Origin: Chthoniobacteraceae bacterium | GTDB lineage: Bacteria > Verrucomicrobiota > Verrucomicrobiia > Chthoniobacterales > Chthoniobacteraceae | Assembly (NCBI GenBank): GCA_031409655.1 | Contig: JANNXQ010000064.1 | Location: 1 to 29,854 of the forward strand | Reading direction: 5' to 3' | Length of the DNA stretch: 29,854 nt | Shown: positions 8,476 to 18,697 of the stretch, in pieces | Layout of the letters: every line of letters begins with the position of its first letter | Numbering within the stretch: the stretch's first letter is position 1 | The notes under the pieces: generated by a model | Databases searched by the model: none | What the model saw: only the letters and a program-made list of their open reading frames with translations | Told to the model about the DNA's origin: nothing | Made by a program: the position numbers and the translations under genes

Positions 8476-10824
8476 CTATCGCCGATTCGCGAAGACAATG
8501 GCCAGCGAGACGAGCGAACTGGCGGGCATGAGGATCGCCGCGGCGAGCGGGCTCATGTGTCCGGCGAGACTGAGCGCGATGGCGACGACATTGTAGCCGA
8601 TGGTGAAGGTGAGGACACGGCGGATGGTGCGGCGGCGCGTCGCTGCCGCATCAAGGAGATGGCGCACCCCGCTGAGGCCGCGGCCCAGGAAATAGAAGTC
8701 CGCCTTGCGCTCCAGCAGACCGCGATCAATGGCGGGTGTGCCGGTGCAAAACGCGGCGTCGAAGGCGAGGCTGTCATTGGCGCCGTCGCCGATGAAGAGC
8801 GTGTCCCTGGCATCCAGTTCGCGAACCCAGGCGGCTTTTTCCGTCGGCGTCATCTCCGCGCGGCAGCATCCTTCGGGGAGGTGCAGGTGCGCCGCCATGC
8901 TCTCGACCTTGCTCCGCCGATCACCGCTGAGGATGAAGACAGCGCAGCCGCGGGCGCGGAGGGTCGCAACCTCGTCGATGGCGTCGGGCCGGACCTCTTC
9001 GCAGAAGGAAAAGGGCGCGACGATCTCGCCAGCGCGCGCGAAGACGCAGTCGTGGCTGGCTTCGGCGCAGCCCACCCACTGCGGGCGTCCGAGCCTCCAC
9101 GTCGCTCCGCCACTTTCGCACTCAAGCCCGAAGCCGATCGTTTCCTGCACGGGTCCGACGGCGGTCGGCGTCACGCCGCCAGCCAGCATCAGTTCGCGCA
9201 GGCAGCCGCTGATCGGGTGAAGATTTTCCTGCACCATCGCGAGCAGCACTGACTTTTGCAGGACGCTTAGACCGGCGAGAACCTCGGGATTCTTCAAAGC
9301 GGTGGTCTCGAGCGTGAGCGTACCGGTCTTATCGAAAAGGATTTTGCGAACGCGCTCGATCCGCGACCACAGGCTCGCCTCGCGGATGAAGACGCCCACC
9401 TTGCGCAAGGCCGTGGCAGCGAGATCGTCGGCCAGCGGCAGCGCGATGCCAGACGCGCAGGGACACGAAACGACGAGTACCGAGATGAGCACTTGGAGCG
9501 ACGCGAGAAAGTCTCCCGACATCCGCCACCACGCGGCGAAACCCAGAAACCCGACACCCACCACGACGACGATGTAACTGCGGATGAAACGTTCAACGGC
9601 GTGGTTGCGATGCGCGCTGGGCGGCGCCACTCGCAGGAGCTTCGCAAGAATGGAATCCGGCCACGCTTCACACGCTTCGAGTTCGATGGACGTCTGCCCG
9701 CAATAGACCGCACCGGATGGGATGATGCGGCCGGCGCGCGCAGTCACGGCGTCGGATTCGCCATTGATCCATTCAAGGCTTAAGGTCGCCGCGTTGGAGC
9801 ACAGTTTCGAACGAACCGGAATGGATTGGCCCGGCGCGATGGTGTAGGCGCGACCGATCTCGAGTTCGGCGACAGGCAGTTTCTCGGCGGAGTCCGGGAG
9901 GCCGACGGGCGCGGGTTCGGTGTGCGCGGCGAGGAGTTGGTGGCGGTTGCGCTCGACGGCCTTTTGCTGAAGCCAGCGACCCACGAGCATGAGGAAGATG
10001 AAGATCGAGACGAAGTCGAAGTAGATGAAGTCGTGCGCGCGATGGAGCCACGCGTGGACCGAACCCGCATACGCGGCGAGGATGCCGAGCGAGATCGGCA
10101 GATCGATGTGCAGCACCCGCTGGCGCAGACTTTGCCAGGTGCGCGTGAGAAAGTAACTGCCCCCGATGAGCAGGCTCGCGGTGCTGACGGCGAAGGCGAT
10201 GCGCTCAAAAAATTCGGCGAAGGCGAAGCTGCGCTCCATCCCGAGATAGCCCGGCAGCGTGAAGAGCATCGCATTCATCGCCAGCGCCGCACAGATCCCG
10301 AGGCGGATGGTGAGCGAACGACTGGCCGGTCTGCTGCGCTCGCCCGGCGGGCCGACCAGATAACCGAAGGCTTGCAGCTCACGCGCGAAGGCGACGACAT
10401 CGAAGGCACCGAGACGCCAGCGCATGGCGAGCTGGCCGAGCGTCGGATCGACTTCGACCGTGAGCGTGCCGGGGTGGCGGCTGAAGAGCTTTTCCACCAG
10501 CCAGACGCAAGCGAGGCACGAGAGGCCCTGGAGTTCGAGCTTCAGCGCAGCCGTCTTGGGTGATCCGGTTTCCGCGGCGGTCGCGAGTTCTTCGAGCCAG
10601 GTGTAGTCGCGCTTTTGGAAGACGAGCGGCTTCACCGGTTGCACGCTGCCGTCCTGCAAATCGTAGAATTGGCCGAGGCCGCTCTTCGCGATGAGGTCGT
10701 GGACAAACTGGCAGCCGGAGCAACAGAAGTCCGGGCGCTGCGGAGTCGGCGTGAAGGTCGTGCCGCAATGGATGCACGCGGCGCGCTTGGCCGAGGCCGA
10801 CGGAGTCTCCGCGATCAGTGGCAT
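8476..10824 (-). CDS. ccoI: P1B-type copper-transporting ATPase for cbb3 assembly (CcoI/FixI)
   Basis: CIHCG...CCSGC N-terminal domain, CLAC, CPC, DKTGT, HP, GDGAND, YN and MxxSS membrane motifs; last gene of the cco operon. Confidence 0.9.
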   Translation of the reverse strand: MPLIAETPSASAKRAACIHCGTTFTPTPQRPDFCCSGCQFVHDLIAKSGLGQFYDLQDGSVQPVKPLVFQKRDYTWLEELATAAETGSPKTAALKLELQGLSCLACVWLVEKLFSRHPGTLTVEVDPTLGQLAMRWRLGAFDVVAFARELQAFGYLVGPPGERSRPASRSLTIRLGICAALAMNAMLFTLPGYLGMERSFAFAEFFERIAFAVSTASLLIGGSYFLTRTWQSLRQRVLHIDLPISLGILAAYAGSVHAWLHRAHDFIYFDFVSIFIFLMLVGRWLQQKAVERNRHQLLAAHTEPAPVGLPDSAEKLPVAELEIGRAYTIAPGQSIPVRSKLCSNAATLSLEWINGESDAVTARAGRIIPSGAVYCGQTSIELEACEAWPDSILAKLLRVAPPSAHRNHAVERFIRSYIVVVVGVGFLGFAAWWRMSGDFLASLQVLISVLVVSCPCASGIALPLADDLAATALRKVGVFIREASLWSRIERVRKILFDKTGTLTLETTALKNPEVLAGLSVLQKSVLLAMVQENLHPISGCLRELMLAGGVTPTAVGPVQETIGFGLECESGGATWRLGRPQWVGCAEASHDCVFARAGEIVAPFSFCEEVRPDAIDEVATLRARGCAVFILSGDRRSKVESMAAHLHLPEGCCRAEMTPTEKAAWVRELDARDTLFIGDGANDSLAFDAAFCTGTPAIDRGLLERKADFYFLGRGLSGVRHLLDAAATRRRTIRRVLTFTIGYNVVAIALSLAGHMSPLAAAILMPASSLVSLAIVFANRR

Positions 10825-11513
10825 AGGAGGCAGCGCATGGGTTCCAGGAGTGCGCCATCATTGAGCAAGGCCCGGCCCCCGATGAGGAGCGCGGAGACGA
10901 GGGCGAGCCCGCGTTGCATCCGCTGCATCCCGAGCGGGGAGAGCCGGGCCTGCCAGCAGAGGAGGCCCGCTTGGGCGAGCGCGTAGAGTGGCACGGTGCC
11001 GAGGGCAAAGGCGGCCATGAGTTGGGTGCCGATCAGGAATGAGCCGGAGACGAGCGCGACGCCAAAGGCCAGATACAGCGGGCCACACGGGAGGAAGGGC
11101 GTGGCGAAACCGAGGGCGGTGGCGGTCTTGCGAGGATCGGCGGAAGCGCCACGAAGATGGAGGCGCAGGAGGATGCGGGAGATGAATTTCGGCTGCGGCA
11201 CCGAACGATCCCAGCCAAAGGCGATGGCGAAAAAGAGCAGGGCCAACGCCCAAGGCAGCGCGCGACTGACGCTCGCCCCGAAGAATCCCGCAGCACTTTG
11301 GCCAATGGCTCCGAGCACTCCACCGATGACGGCGTAGGCCGTAATCCGCGAGAAGTGATAGAGCGCGGCAGCGGTCCGCAACTCGCGCGGAGCGGCCTGG
11401 CTCCGGGCGAGGAGCGCGCAGCCGAGTGGGCCGCACATCGCCGCGCAATGCACGCTGGTCACCACTCCGGCGGTGAAAGCGGCGAGTGGGGTGGTGAAGG
11501 CGGCGGCGTCCAT
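10815..11513 (-). CDS. DsbD_2 / TauE-SafE-like membrane protein of cbb3 clusters
   Basis: HCAAMCGP and FLPCGPLY motifs, about 6 hydrophobic segments; 10-bp overlap with ccoI. Confidence 0.88.
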   Translation of the reverse strand: MDAAAFTTPLAAFTAGVVTSVHCAAMCGPLGCALLARSQAAPRELRTAAALYHFSRITAYAVIGGVLGAIGQSAAGFFGASVSRALPWALALLFFAIAFGWDRSVPQPKFISRILLRLHLRGASADPRKTATALGFATPFLPCGPLYLAFGVALVSGSFLIGTQLMAAFALGTVPLYALAQAGLLCWQARLSPLGMQRMQRGLALVSALLIGGRALLNDGALLEPMRCLLCH

Positions 11514-11517
11514 CGAG

Positions 11518-11658
11518 CTATCGGGGTGAGGTCACCACGGGGATGGGTTTGTCCCCGTATTTCACGGCGAGCGTGACCATCGTGAACCACGCCGCCATCG
11601 CGAAGAGGTAGCCGACGACGATGATCAGCCAGGGGCGGTTGAGGAGTGCTTCTTTCAT
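11518..11658 (-). CDS. 46-aa single-pass membrane protein, CcoH/FixH-like by position
   Basis: Hand-translated MKEALLNRPWLIIVVGYLFAMAAWFTMVTLAVKYGDKPIPVVTSPR; fills the gap after ccoG with 3- and 4-bp spacers. Confidence 0.7.
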   Translation of the reverse strand: MKEALLNRPWLIIVVGYLFAMAAWFTMVTLAVKYGDKPIPVVTSPR

Positions 11659-11661
11659 GGG

Positions 11662-13041
11662 TCAATAACCTGGGCCGACGAATGAGACCGTCTTCTTCAC
11701 GGTGTCGCGGCCATTGGGCGCGGTGACGAGGATTTCCAAGGGAAAGGAACCGTGCAATTGAGCGCGCGGTGCGGTGACGATGAAGGGCCGCATCTCTTCA
11801 CTCAACGCGCCCACCTGGATGCCGGTCTCGAGTCCGCTCCAGGCAAGCCCCGGCATGGCACCCTTGACGGTGACTTGGAAGTGTTGCGTTTGGTTGCGCT
11901 TGTTCAGGACGCGGAGGAAGAACTCGTTCCGCACGCCCGCGCCGTCGATGACGTAAGGGATGCCAGGCACACGCGTGCAACTGACGGTGATGGGACTCAG
12001 CGTGGAGAGGCCGAACGTCATGGCAGCCGCGCCGAGCAACATGAGCCCGGTATAGAGCAGGATGCGCGGACGAATGATGCGGCGGGCTTTACCCATGAAA
12101 CCATTCAGCGAATCGTAACGCACGAGCCCGCGCGGACGGTCGATCCTCGCCATGATCTCGTCGCAGGCATCGACGCACGCCGAGCACCCGATGCACTCCA
12201 TCTGCAAACCGTGGCGGATGTCGATCCCGGTGGGGCAGACGTGAACGCAGCGGCGGCAATCGATGCAATCACCGGCACCCGTGGCGCCCTTTTTTCCGCG
12301 GGGCTCGCCGCGCTTGGTGTCGTAGCCGATGACGAGTGTGTCGTTGTCGATCAGCGCGGATTGCAGGCGACCATATGGGCAAATGACGATGCAGAACTGC
12401 TCGCGAAACCAGGCGAAGTTAAACCACATCGCGGCGGTCATCAGGAAGACGAAGACAAAGGAGCCCCAGTTCGCGCCGGGCGAACTGCTCATCATCGCGG
12501 AGACGCCGGCGGGCGAGACGTAGTAACTCAGGAAGACGTGCGCGAGCACCGCGGAGAAGAGGAAGAAGAGAAAGTACTTACTTCCGCGTTTCAGGATCTT
12601 CTCACCCGTCCACGGCATCCGATCCAGCCGCTCGCGCGCGGGCGCGTCACCTTCGAACAAGCGTTCGATCCGCCGGATGAAGTCGAGATAGACGGTCTGC
12701 GGGCAGGCCCATCCGCACCAGATGCGACCGACGAGGGCGGTCACGTAGAAGAGCGTGAAGCCGAGGCCGCTGATCAGGAAGAATGCGATCCAGAGATCCT
12801 GGGTAACGAAGGTCAGGCCAAAGAAGTGGAACTGCCGCCGGGCGACATCAAGGAAGACGGCGGGGTGGCCATTGATCGTGATCCACGGAAGGACCACATA
12901 GACGGCGAGGATGAGCAGGCCCACGAAGCCGCGCCATCTCGTGAAGCGACCGCGCACATCGGCTGGATGAATGAAGCGACGGGAGCCGTCGGCGTTGATC
13001 GTCGTGACGGAATCCAGGGAAGGCTTAAGGGGTGCGCTCAT
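11662..13041 (-). CDS. ccoG: cytochrome c oxidase accessory protein CcoG/FixG
   Basis: GRIWCGWACPQTV, REQFCIVICPYGRLQS, two ferredoxin motifs CIDCRRCVHVCP and CIGCSACVDAC; ATG 13041 avoids overlap with ccoP. Confidence 0.95.
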   Translation of the reverse strand: MSAPLKPSLDSVTTINADGSRRFIHPADVRGRFTRWRGFVGLLILAVYVVLPWITINGHPAVFLDVARRQFHFFGLTFVTQDLWIAFFLISGLGFTLFYVTALVGRIWCGWACPQTVYLDFIRRIERLFEGDAPARERLDRMPWTGEKILKRGSKYFLFFLFSAVLAHVFLSYYVSPAGVSAMMSSSPGANWGSFVFVFLMTAAMWFNFAWFREQFCIVICPYGRLQSALIDNDTLVIGYDTKRGEPRGKKGATGAGDCIDCRRCVHVCPTGIDIRHGLQMECIGCSACVDACDEIMARIDRPRGLVRYDSLNGFMGKARRIIRPRILLYTGLMLLGAAAMTFGLSTLSPITVSCTRVPGIPYVIDGAGVRNEFFLRVLNKRNQTQHFQVTVKGAMPGLAWSGLETGIQVGALSEEMRPFIVTAPRAQLHGSFPLEILVTAPNGRDTVKKTVSFVGPGY

Positions 13042-13060
13042 TGATCGCGAACCGTCGAAC

Positions 13061-13642
13061 TCAAGGCGTGGGCATGATCGGGACCCAGCCATCGACCTTC
13101 ACGATCTCTCCACCCGGCTGATGACGCGCCAGGATGTGAACCGTCACCTCGATGATCTTTTGCCGACCGAGGATCGGCCCCCAAGCGACCATGCCCTTGG
13201 CGAGCACGCCTTCGGTGATCGTCTTGATCAGGTCGGTCGGCTGGCCGCCGTGAATCCATTGATTGTCCACGAGATTCGGCCCGATCATTCCGGTCATATC
13301 GGTCTTGTGGCAGGAAGCGCAGAGCGTATCGAAGGTCGTCTTTCCGGCCGCGAGCATCGCCGGATCGCGGCTGAACTTCCAGAGCACTTCGTCGTTCACT
13401 TCCCCACCGCTCGCGGCGGCGCGCGCCGCACGGTCGGCGTTTTCCGTCATCGTCATGGCGAGGGCATCGGCGGGGTCGGTGCCGATGCTGTAGGCGTGGT
13501 AGTAGGCCCAGTAGAAGATGGCGTAAACGATCGAACCGTAGAGCGTCCAGAGCCACCAGTTCGGCAGGCGCTTGTCGTATTCCTGAATGCCGTCGTAGGT
13601 GTGCGGCCGGAGCGGGTCTTCGGTTGGGTTTGGCTTATTCAT
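13061..13642 (-). CDS. ccoP: cbb3 oxidase subunit III, mono-haem form
   Basis: HTYDGIQEYDKRLPNWW N-terminal signature, one TM, one CASCH, GPNL.D..WIHGG, KGMVAW. Confidence 0.9.
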   Translation of the reverse strand: MNKPNPTEDPLRPHTYDGIQEYDKRLPNWWLWTLYGSIVYAIFYWAYYHAYSIGTDPADALAMTMTENADRAARAAASGGEVNDEVLWKFSRDPAMLAAGKTTFDTLCASCHKTDMTGMIGPNLVDNQWIHGGQPTDLIKTITEGVLAKGMVAWGPILGRQKIIEVTVHILARHQPGGEIVKVDGWVPIMPTP

Positions 13643-13808
13643 GCGGCTTGGCGTCGTCTCCGAGGGGCAGGTTTTCGAGATGCTGCAGGCGCTCGCGAGG
13701 CATCCGCCAGGTGCGCAGCGCGGTGATGACGAAGGTGCTGAAGAAGATCGCGATGCTCACGACGGTGAGCACACGCTGCCATTCTTCGACGATGATTCTT
13801 TGAAACAT
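13635..13808 (-). CDS. ccoQ: cbb3 oxidase small subunit CcoQ-like (57 aa)
   Basis: Hand-translated MFQRIIVEEWQRVLTVVSIAIFFSTFVITALRTWRMPRERLQHLENLPLGDDAKPHE: one TM and LPL.DD tail; between ccoNO and ccoP with an 8-bp overlap. Confidence 0.8.
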   Translation of the reverse strand: MFQRIIVEEWQRVLTVVSIAIFFSTFVITALRTWRMPRERLQHLENLPLGDDAKPHE

Positions 13809-13814
13809 GGCGGG

Positions 13815-16141
<2,327 letters not shown>

Positions 16142-16145
<4 letters not shown>

Positions 16146-16321
16146 GAGTGATGGGTCGGAGGCACGACGGCAGGTGGGTTGGCCGGCGGGAGCGGATCTT
16201 CATCGGCGAGCGGGAGGAGGGCGTCGCGCTCGCGGATGTGGCCGCCCTGCAAGAGGAAGAGCGCGACGAAGAAGAGCACCAGCACCGCACTGACGAAGAC
16301 GGTGAGCAGGAGGACGTTCAC
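16142..16321 (-). CDS. ccoS: CcoS/FixS-like cbb3 maturation protein (59 aa)
   Basis: GTG start: MNVLLLTVFVSAVLVLFFVALFLLQ...ERDALLPL; ATGA overlap with ccoN. Canonical GQ(F/Y)DD motif is absent, so the name rests on N-terminal pattern and position. Confidence 0.65.
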
Positions 16322-16423
16322 AGTCGCGCCGGAGGGGGCGGGCTGGTGGTGGGCTTCTCGCGGGGGGAGTCGGATTTGCTGCCGCTCGGAGCCTGCGTTG
16401 CGCGCTCGCCGCGTCCACCACAT

Positions 16424-16435
16424 CGGCAATTGCCG
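16424..16435. promoter_or_regulatory. perfect 12-bp palindrome upstream of the cco operon, candidate operator
   Basis: CGGCAATTGCCG about 100 bp before the ccoS start. Confidence 0.3.
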
Positions 16436-16565
16436 CAGTTCGTGCAGCGCTCGGTTTCAGGTGCTTGGTGAACTTCGTGGACGTGTTCCATTGGATGCCC
16501 GGAAGATGCCCGAGGGACGCGTGGAGCGCTCGCCGTGGATTGTGCAAGGCTGGCCGTTCCTTGGC

Positions 16566-16595
16566 TTGCGGGTGCCAGCGCCGAGGGCGTAGGTT
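16566..16595 (+). promoter_or_regulatory. possible leaderless sigma70-like promoter of the regulator gene
   Basis: TTGCGG-N18-TAGGTT ending 5 nt before GTG 16601. Confidence 0.3.
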
Positions 16596-16600
16596 CCCTT

Positions 16601-17560
16601 GTGAGCCAAAGCGAACCCCAAAAAATCGGCGAGAAGCTTTCGCAGTCGCAGATCGTGCATGACTACGAACGTGCCTTCAGCGAGGCCACGGGTTTGCCGG
16701 TGACGTTCAGCCCGGTCGGCACGCGCGAAGCAGTGCTGCGCACGAACAAGTTCGCCAACCCCTTCTGCGTCCACCTCACGGCCCTTCACGAAGGGTGCAA
16801 GCTCTGCGTCGAAATGCAGGAGCAACTCACGGCCCCCGGCACGGCGGACACGCGTTCGGGCGATTGCCCGGCGGGACTTACCGACTCCGCGGTGCCGGTG
16901 CGGCTTGGTGCGCAAACCATTGGCTTTCTCCAGACCGGTCAGGTCGCCCTGAAAAAGCTAAACCGCGGCACATTCAAGCAACTCGTGAAATGGATGGGCG
17001 ACGGCACCCAGTTGGAGGAGTGGAAAGTGATCGAAGACGCTTACTTCGATTCCCCGAAACTCAGCCGCGAGCAATACGACGCAATGCTCCGCCTGCTCGA
17101 AGTTTTCGCCCAGCATCTCTCTCTGGTCGCCGAACGCGTGGCGACGCAGGAGGACAACTCCGAGCCGCCGATCGTCCAGCGCGCGCGGCACTTCATCGAG
17201 GAACATCAAGGCGAGGACATCGGGCTCGCCGATGTCGCACGCGCGGTCCACGCCAGCACCTTCCATTTCTGCAAGATGTTCAAGAAGGCGACGGGCATGA
17301 CCTTCACCCACTACCTCTCGCTGGTCCGCGTGGGGAAGGCGAAGCGGCTGCTCGCGAATCCACAAATCCGCATCTCTGAGATCGCCTACGAGGTCGGCTT
17401 CAATTCACTCACCCACTTCAACCGCATGTTCCGCAGGATGACCGGCGAGTCGCCCACCGCCTACCGCGAGAAGCTCGTGGAGAATGGCGTGAGCGGCACG
17501 CCGGAGGCCGCGACGCTGCGGCCCGGAGCGGCGGGCTCGCGAGTCGGCTCTGCGGCATAG
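16601..17560 (+). CDS. AraC family regulator with N-terminal PocR sensor domain
   Basis: AFSEATGLPV...NPFC...CKLC...CPAGLTDSAVPV...GFLQTGQV (PocR) and C-terminal double HTH (FCKMFKKATG, ISEIAYEVGFNSLTHFNRMFRR..G.SPTAYR). Start approximate. Confidence 0.9.
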   Translation: MSQSEPQKIGEKLSQSQIVHDYERAFSEATGLPVTFSPVGTREAVLRTNKFANPFCVHLTALHEGCKLCVEMQEQLTAPGTADTRSGDCPAGLTDSAVPVRLGAQTIGFLQTGQVALKKLNRGTFKQLVKWMGDGTQLEEWKVIEDAYFDSPKLSREQYDAMLRLLEVFAQHLSLVAERVATQEDNSEPPIVQRARHFIEEHQGEDIGLADVARAVHASTFHFCKMFKKATGMTFTHYLSLVRVGKAKRLLANPQIRISEIAYEVGFNSLTHFNRMFRRMTGESPTAYREKLVENGVSGTPEAATLRPGAAGSRVGSAA

Positions 17561-18084
17561 GTCGGCGCGGACCTCTGGAGGCTGGAGTAGCGGTCTTCGA
17601 TCCCATCGATCATTCGGCGGACGTGCTTGTGCTTCGAGCGCGGGCGCAGGATGGCGAGACTGCGCTCCGCACTGCCCCATTGCAGATTCTCGATGGTCAC
17701 GTGGCGGACGCCCCAACGGTTCATCGCGGAGCGCGAGGGCTTGTAGAGGTCGATGGTGTTCGTGCCGGCGAGGGCGCGGCCGTAGTCATCCACCTGGTAG
17801 AGTTGCCCGGTCTCGCGGACGCGGAAGATGCTCCCGACCGGCCAGCGCGACCAATCCGCCGCGGCGCTGCTCAGACGACCGGAGGACAGGGTCGTGCCGA
17901 GCGCGGTCTTGCGGCCATAGCGCAGGTGATCCGCCTCGGAGTGCGTGTAGGCCGTCGTGCGGACCTTCTGCACCGCGGTGCGGGCGATCGGGCGCTGGTA
18001 CTTCGGCAGCGAACCGGAGGACGAACAGCCGACGACGGAAACGCAGGAGGCGAGCGCGAGGACGCGGAAGATTTTGGCAACCAT
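17461..18084 (-). CDS. 3D (Asp-Asp-Asp) domain lipoprotein, putative peptidoglycan-acting
   Basis: Lipobox VVGC, RTTAYT, AAADWSRWPVGS, VDDYG, TIDLY. ATG 18084. Confidence 0.85.
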   Translation of the reverse strand: MVAKIFRVLALASCVSVVGCSSSGSLPKYQRPIARTAVQKVRTTAYTHSEADHLRYGRKTALGTTLSSGRLSSAAADWSRWPVGSIFRVRETGQLYQVDDYGRALAGTNTIDLYKPSRSAMNRWGVRHVTIENLQWGSAERSLAILRPRSKHKHVRRMIDGIEDRYSSLQRSAPTYAAEPTREPAAPGRSVAASGVPLTPFSTSFSR

Positions 18085-18137
18085 GCGCGGAGAGTAGTGG
18101 CGGAGACTCCAGATTCCAGCGCGAAGTCGCCGCCCGC

Positions 18138-18623
18138 TCACGCCACGAGGAGCTGGGAGCGGAGGCGCACGAAAGCGATCATCTCGAGGAGATCGTCCAC
18201 GTGGAAAGGCTTCGTGAGGATGATGCCGTTCACGTTGGCGATGAAGTCGTTCACCTTTCCGTTGCCCCGATGGCCGGTCATGAAAACGAAACGCTCGCAG
18301 AGATGCGGGCGCATGCGTTCGACGGCGCGGTAAAACATATCGCCCGGCAGCGTGGGCATCATCATGTCGGTGAGGATGACTTCGAAATCATTCGCCAGCA
18401 CTTCATGCACCCCTTCCACGCCATTCTGCACTGCCTGGACGGTGAAGCCGCTGTCGGTCAGGAAGTCTTTGATGATCTCTTTGAAAGACGGGTCGTCTTC
18501 GAGGAGGAGGATCTTCTGCGATCCGCTGGTGATGGGCTTCGGCCCGTGAAGACCCAGCGGATTCGGCGCCGCTTCCGGTTCCGAGGATTCGATGGCGGTC
18601 TTCTTCGTGGCGATGAGTGACAT
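18138..18623 (-). CDS. stand-alone response regulator receiver protein
   Basis: ILLLEDD, ILTDMMMP phosphoacceptor, FMTG, LTKPF; no output domain. Confidence 0.9.
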   Translation of the reverse strand: MSLIATKKTAIESSEPEAAPNPLGLHGPKPITSGSQKILLLEDDPSFKEIIKDFLTDSGFTVQAVQNGVEGVHEVLANDFEVILTDMMMPTLPGDMFYRAVERMRPHLCERFVFMTGHRGNGKVNDFIANVNGIILTKPFHVDDLLEMIAFVRLRSQLLVA

Positions 18624-18653
18624 TTGTGGATGTGGCAAACCGGGCTTTCAGAA

Positions 18654-18669
18654 AGCAAAGGTTGTGCCC
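18654..18669 (-). promoter_or_regulatory. sigma54 (-24/-12) promoter candidate
   Basis: Minus strand GGGCAC-AACCT-TTGCT against consensus TGGCAC-N5-TTGCW with exact spacing, 30 nt upstream of ATG 18623. Confidence 0.6.
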
Positions 18670-18697
18670 CTCCCCACCCAGGCTTTGCCGCCGCGTC

